A stretch of 61,813 bases of DNA, the filler included, from Chiloscyllium plagiosum (Eukaryota): NCBI RefSeq assembly GCF_004010195.1. It is 3 parts of one record of this genome, joined end to end, with 100 filler letters (N's around TTAATTAATTAA, not from the genome) between each part and the next. Parts side by side here need not be neighbours in the genome. Positions count along the whole stretch, not along the records: positions 53,115 to 61,813 come from NC_057713.1; 2 more parts are not named here. One strand, written 5' to 3'. This document shows positions 61,540-61,813 of this stretch, piece by piece. The notes beneath the pieces were generated by a model, which had not been told where the DNA came from, did no database searches, and saw only the letters and a program-made list of their open reading frames with translations. The position numbers were made by a program, and so were the translations under genes. The number at the start of each line of letters is the position of its first letter. Position 1 is the first letter of the stretch.

Positions 61540-61813
61540 GAGCTGAAAATGTGTTGCTGGAAAAGCGCAGCAGGTCAGGCAGCATCCAAGGAGCAGGAGA
61601 ATCCGACGTTTCAGGCATGAGGCCTTCTTCAGGAATGAGGAAAGTGTGTCCAGCAGGCTAAGATAAAAAGGTAGGGAGGAGGGACTTGGGGGAGGGGCTT
61701 TGGAAATGCGATAGGTGGAGGGAGGTCAAGGTGAGGGTGATCGGCTGGAGTGGGGGGAGTGGGCAGAGAGGTCAGGAAGAAGATTGCAGGTTAGGAAGGT
61801 GGTGCTGAGTTCG
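61540..61813 (-). mobile_element. Penelope pLTR/3' end
   Basis: Reverse complement resembles 17100-17355; degenerate hammerhead at ~61605-61632. Confidence 0.8.

Overview
Eukaryotic, repeat-dense DNA, most likely from a shark or other elasmobranch (inferred from HE1/V-SINE-, DeuSINE-, CR1- and Penelope-type repeats). Two ~100-bp N/TTAATTAATTAA/N linkers (27142-27241, 53015-53113) indicate three artificially joined pieces, so adjacency across them is not evidence. Pieces 1 and 2 (1-53014) have no recognisable host gene. They are nested retroelement debris: CR1 3' ends, Penelope-like elements (PLEs) whose terminal repeats carry minimal hammerhead ribozyme motifs, a 5'-intact but dead L1, Gypsy and RTE remnants, SINEs, a 32/33-bp minisatellite and a ~5.7-kb 24-bp satellite. 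Piece 3 (53114-61813) is GC-rich and holds a compact KANSL2 gene on the minus strand: 8 phase-consistent coding exons, one U12-type intron, and an intronic SNORA2-family H/ACA snoRNA with a ~79-nt hinge insertion. Most notable: (1) the 24-bp satellite starts exactly at, and is a copy of, the AMGTxMGPSY motif of a Penelope reverse transcriptase, and later flips orientation twice; (2) at least four hammerhead variants occur, including very short insertions flanked by target-site duplications; (3) the atypical snoRNA and the minor intron in KANSL2. Family assignments are from motif recognition without database searches, and old-repeat boundaries are approximate.
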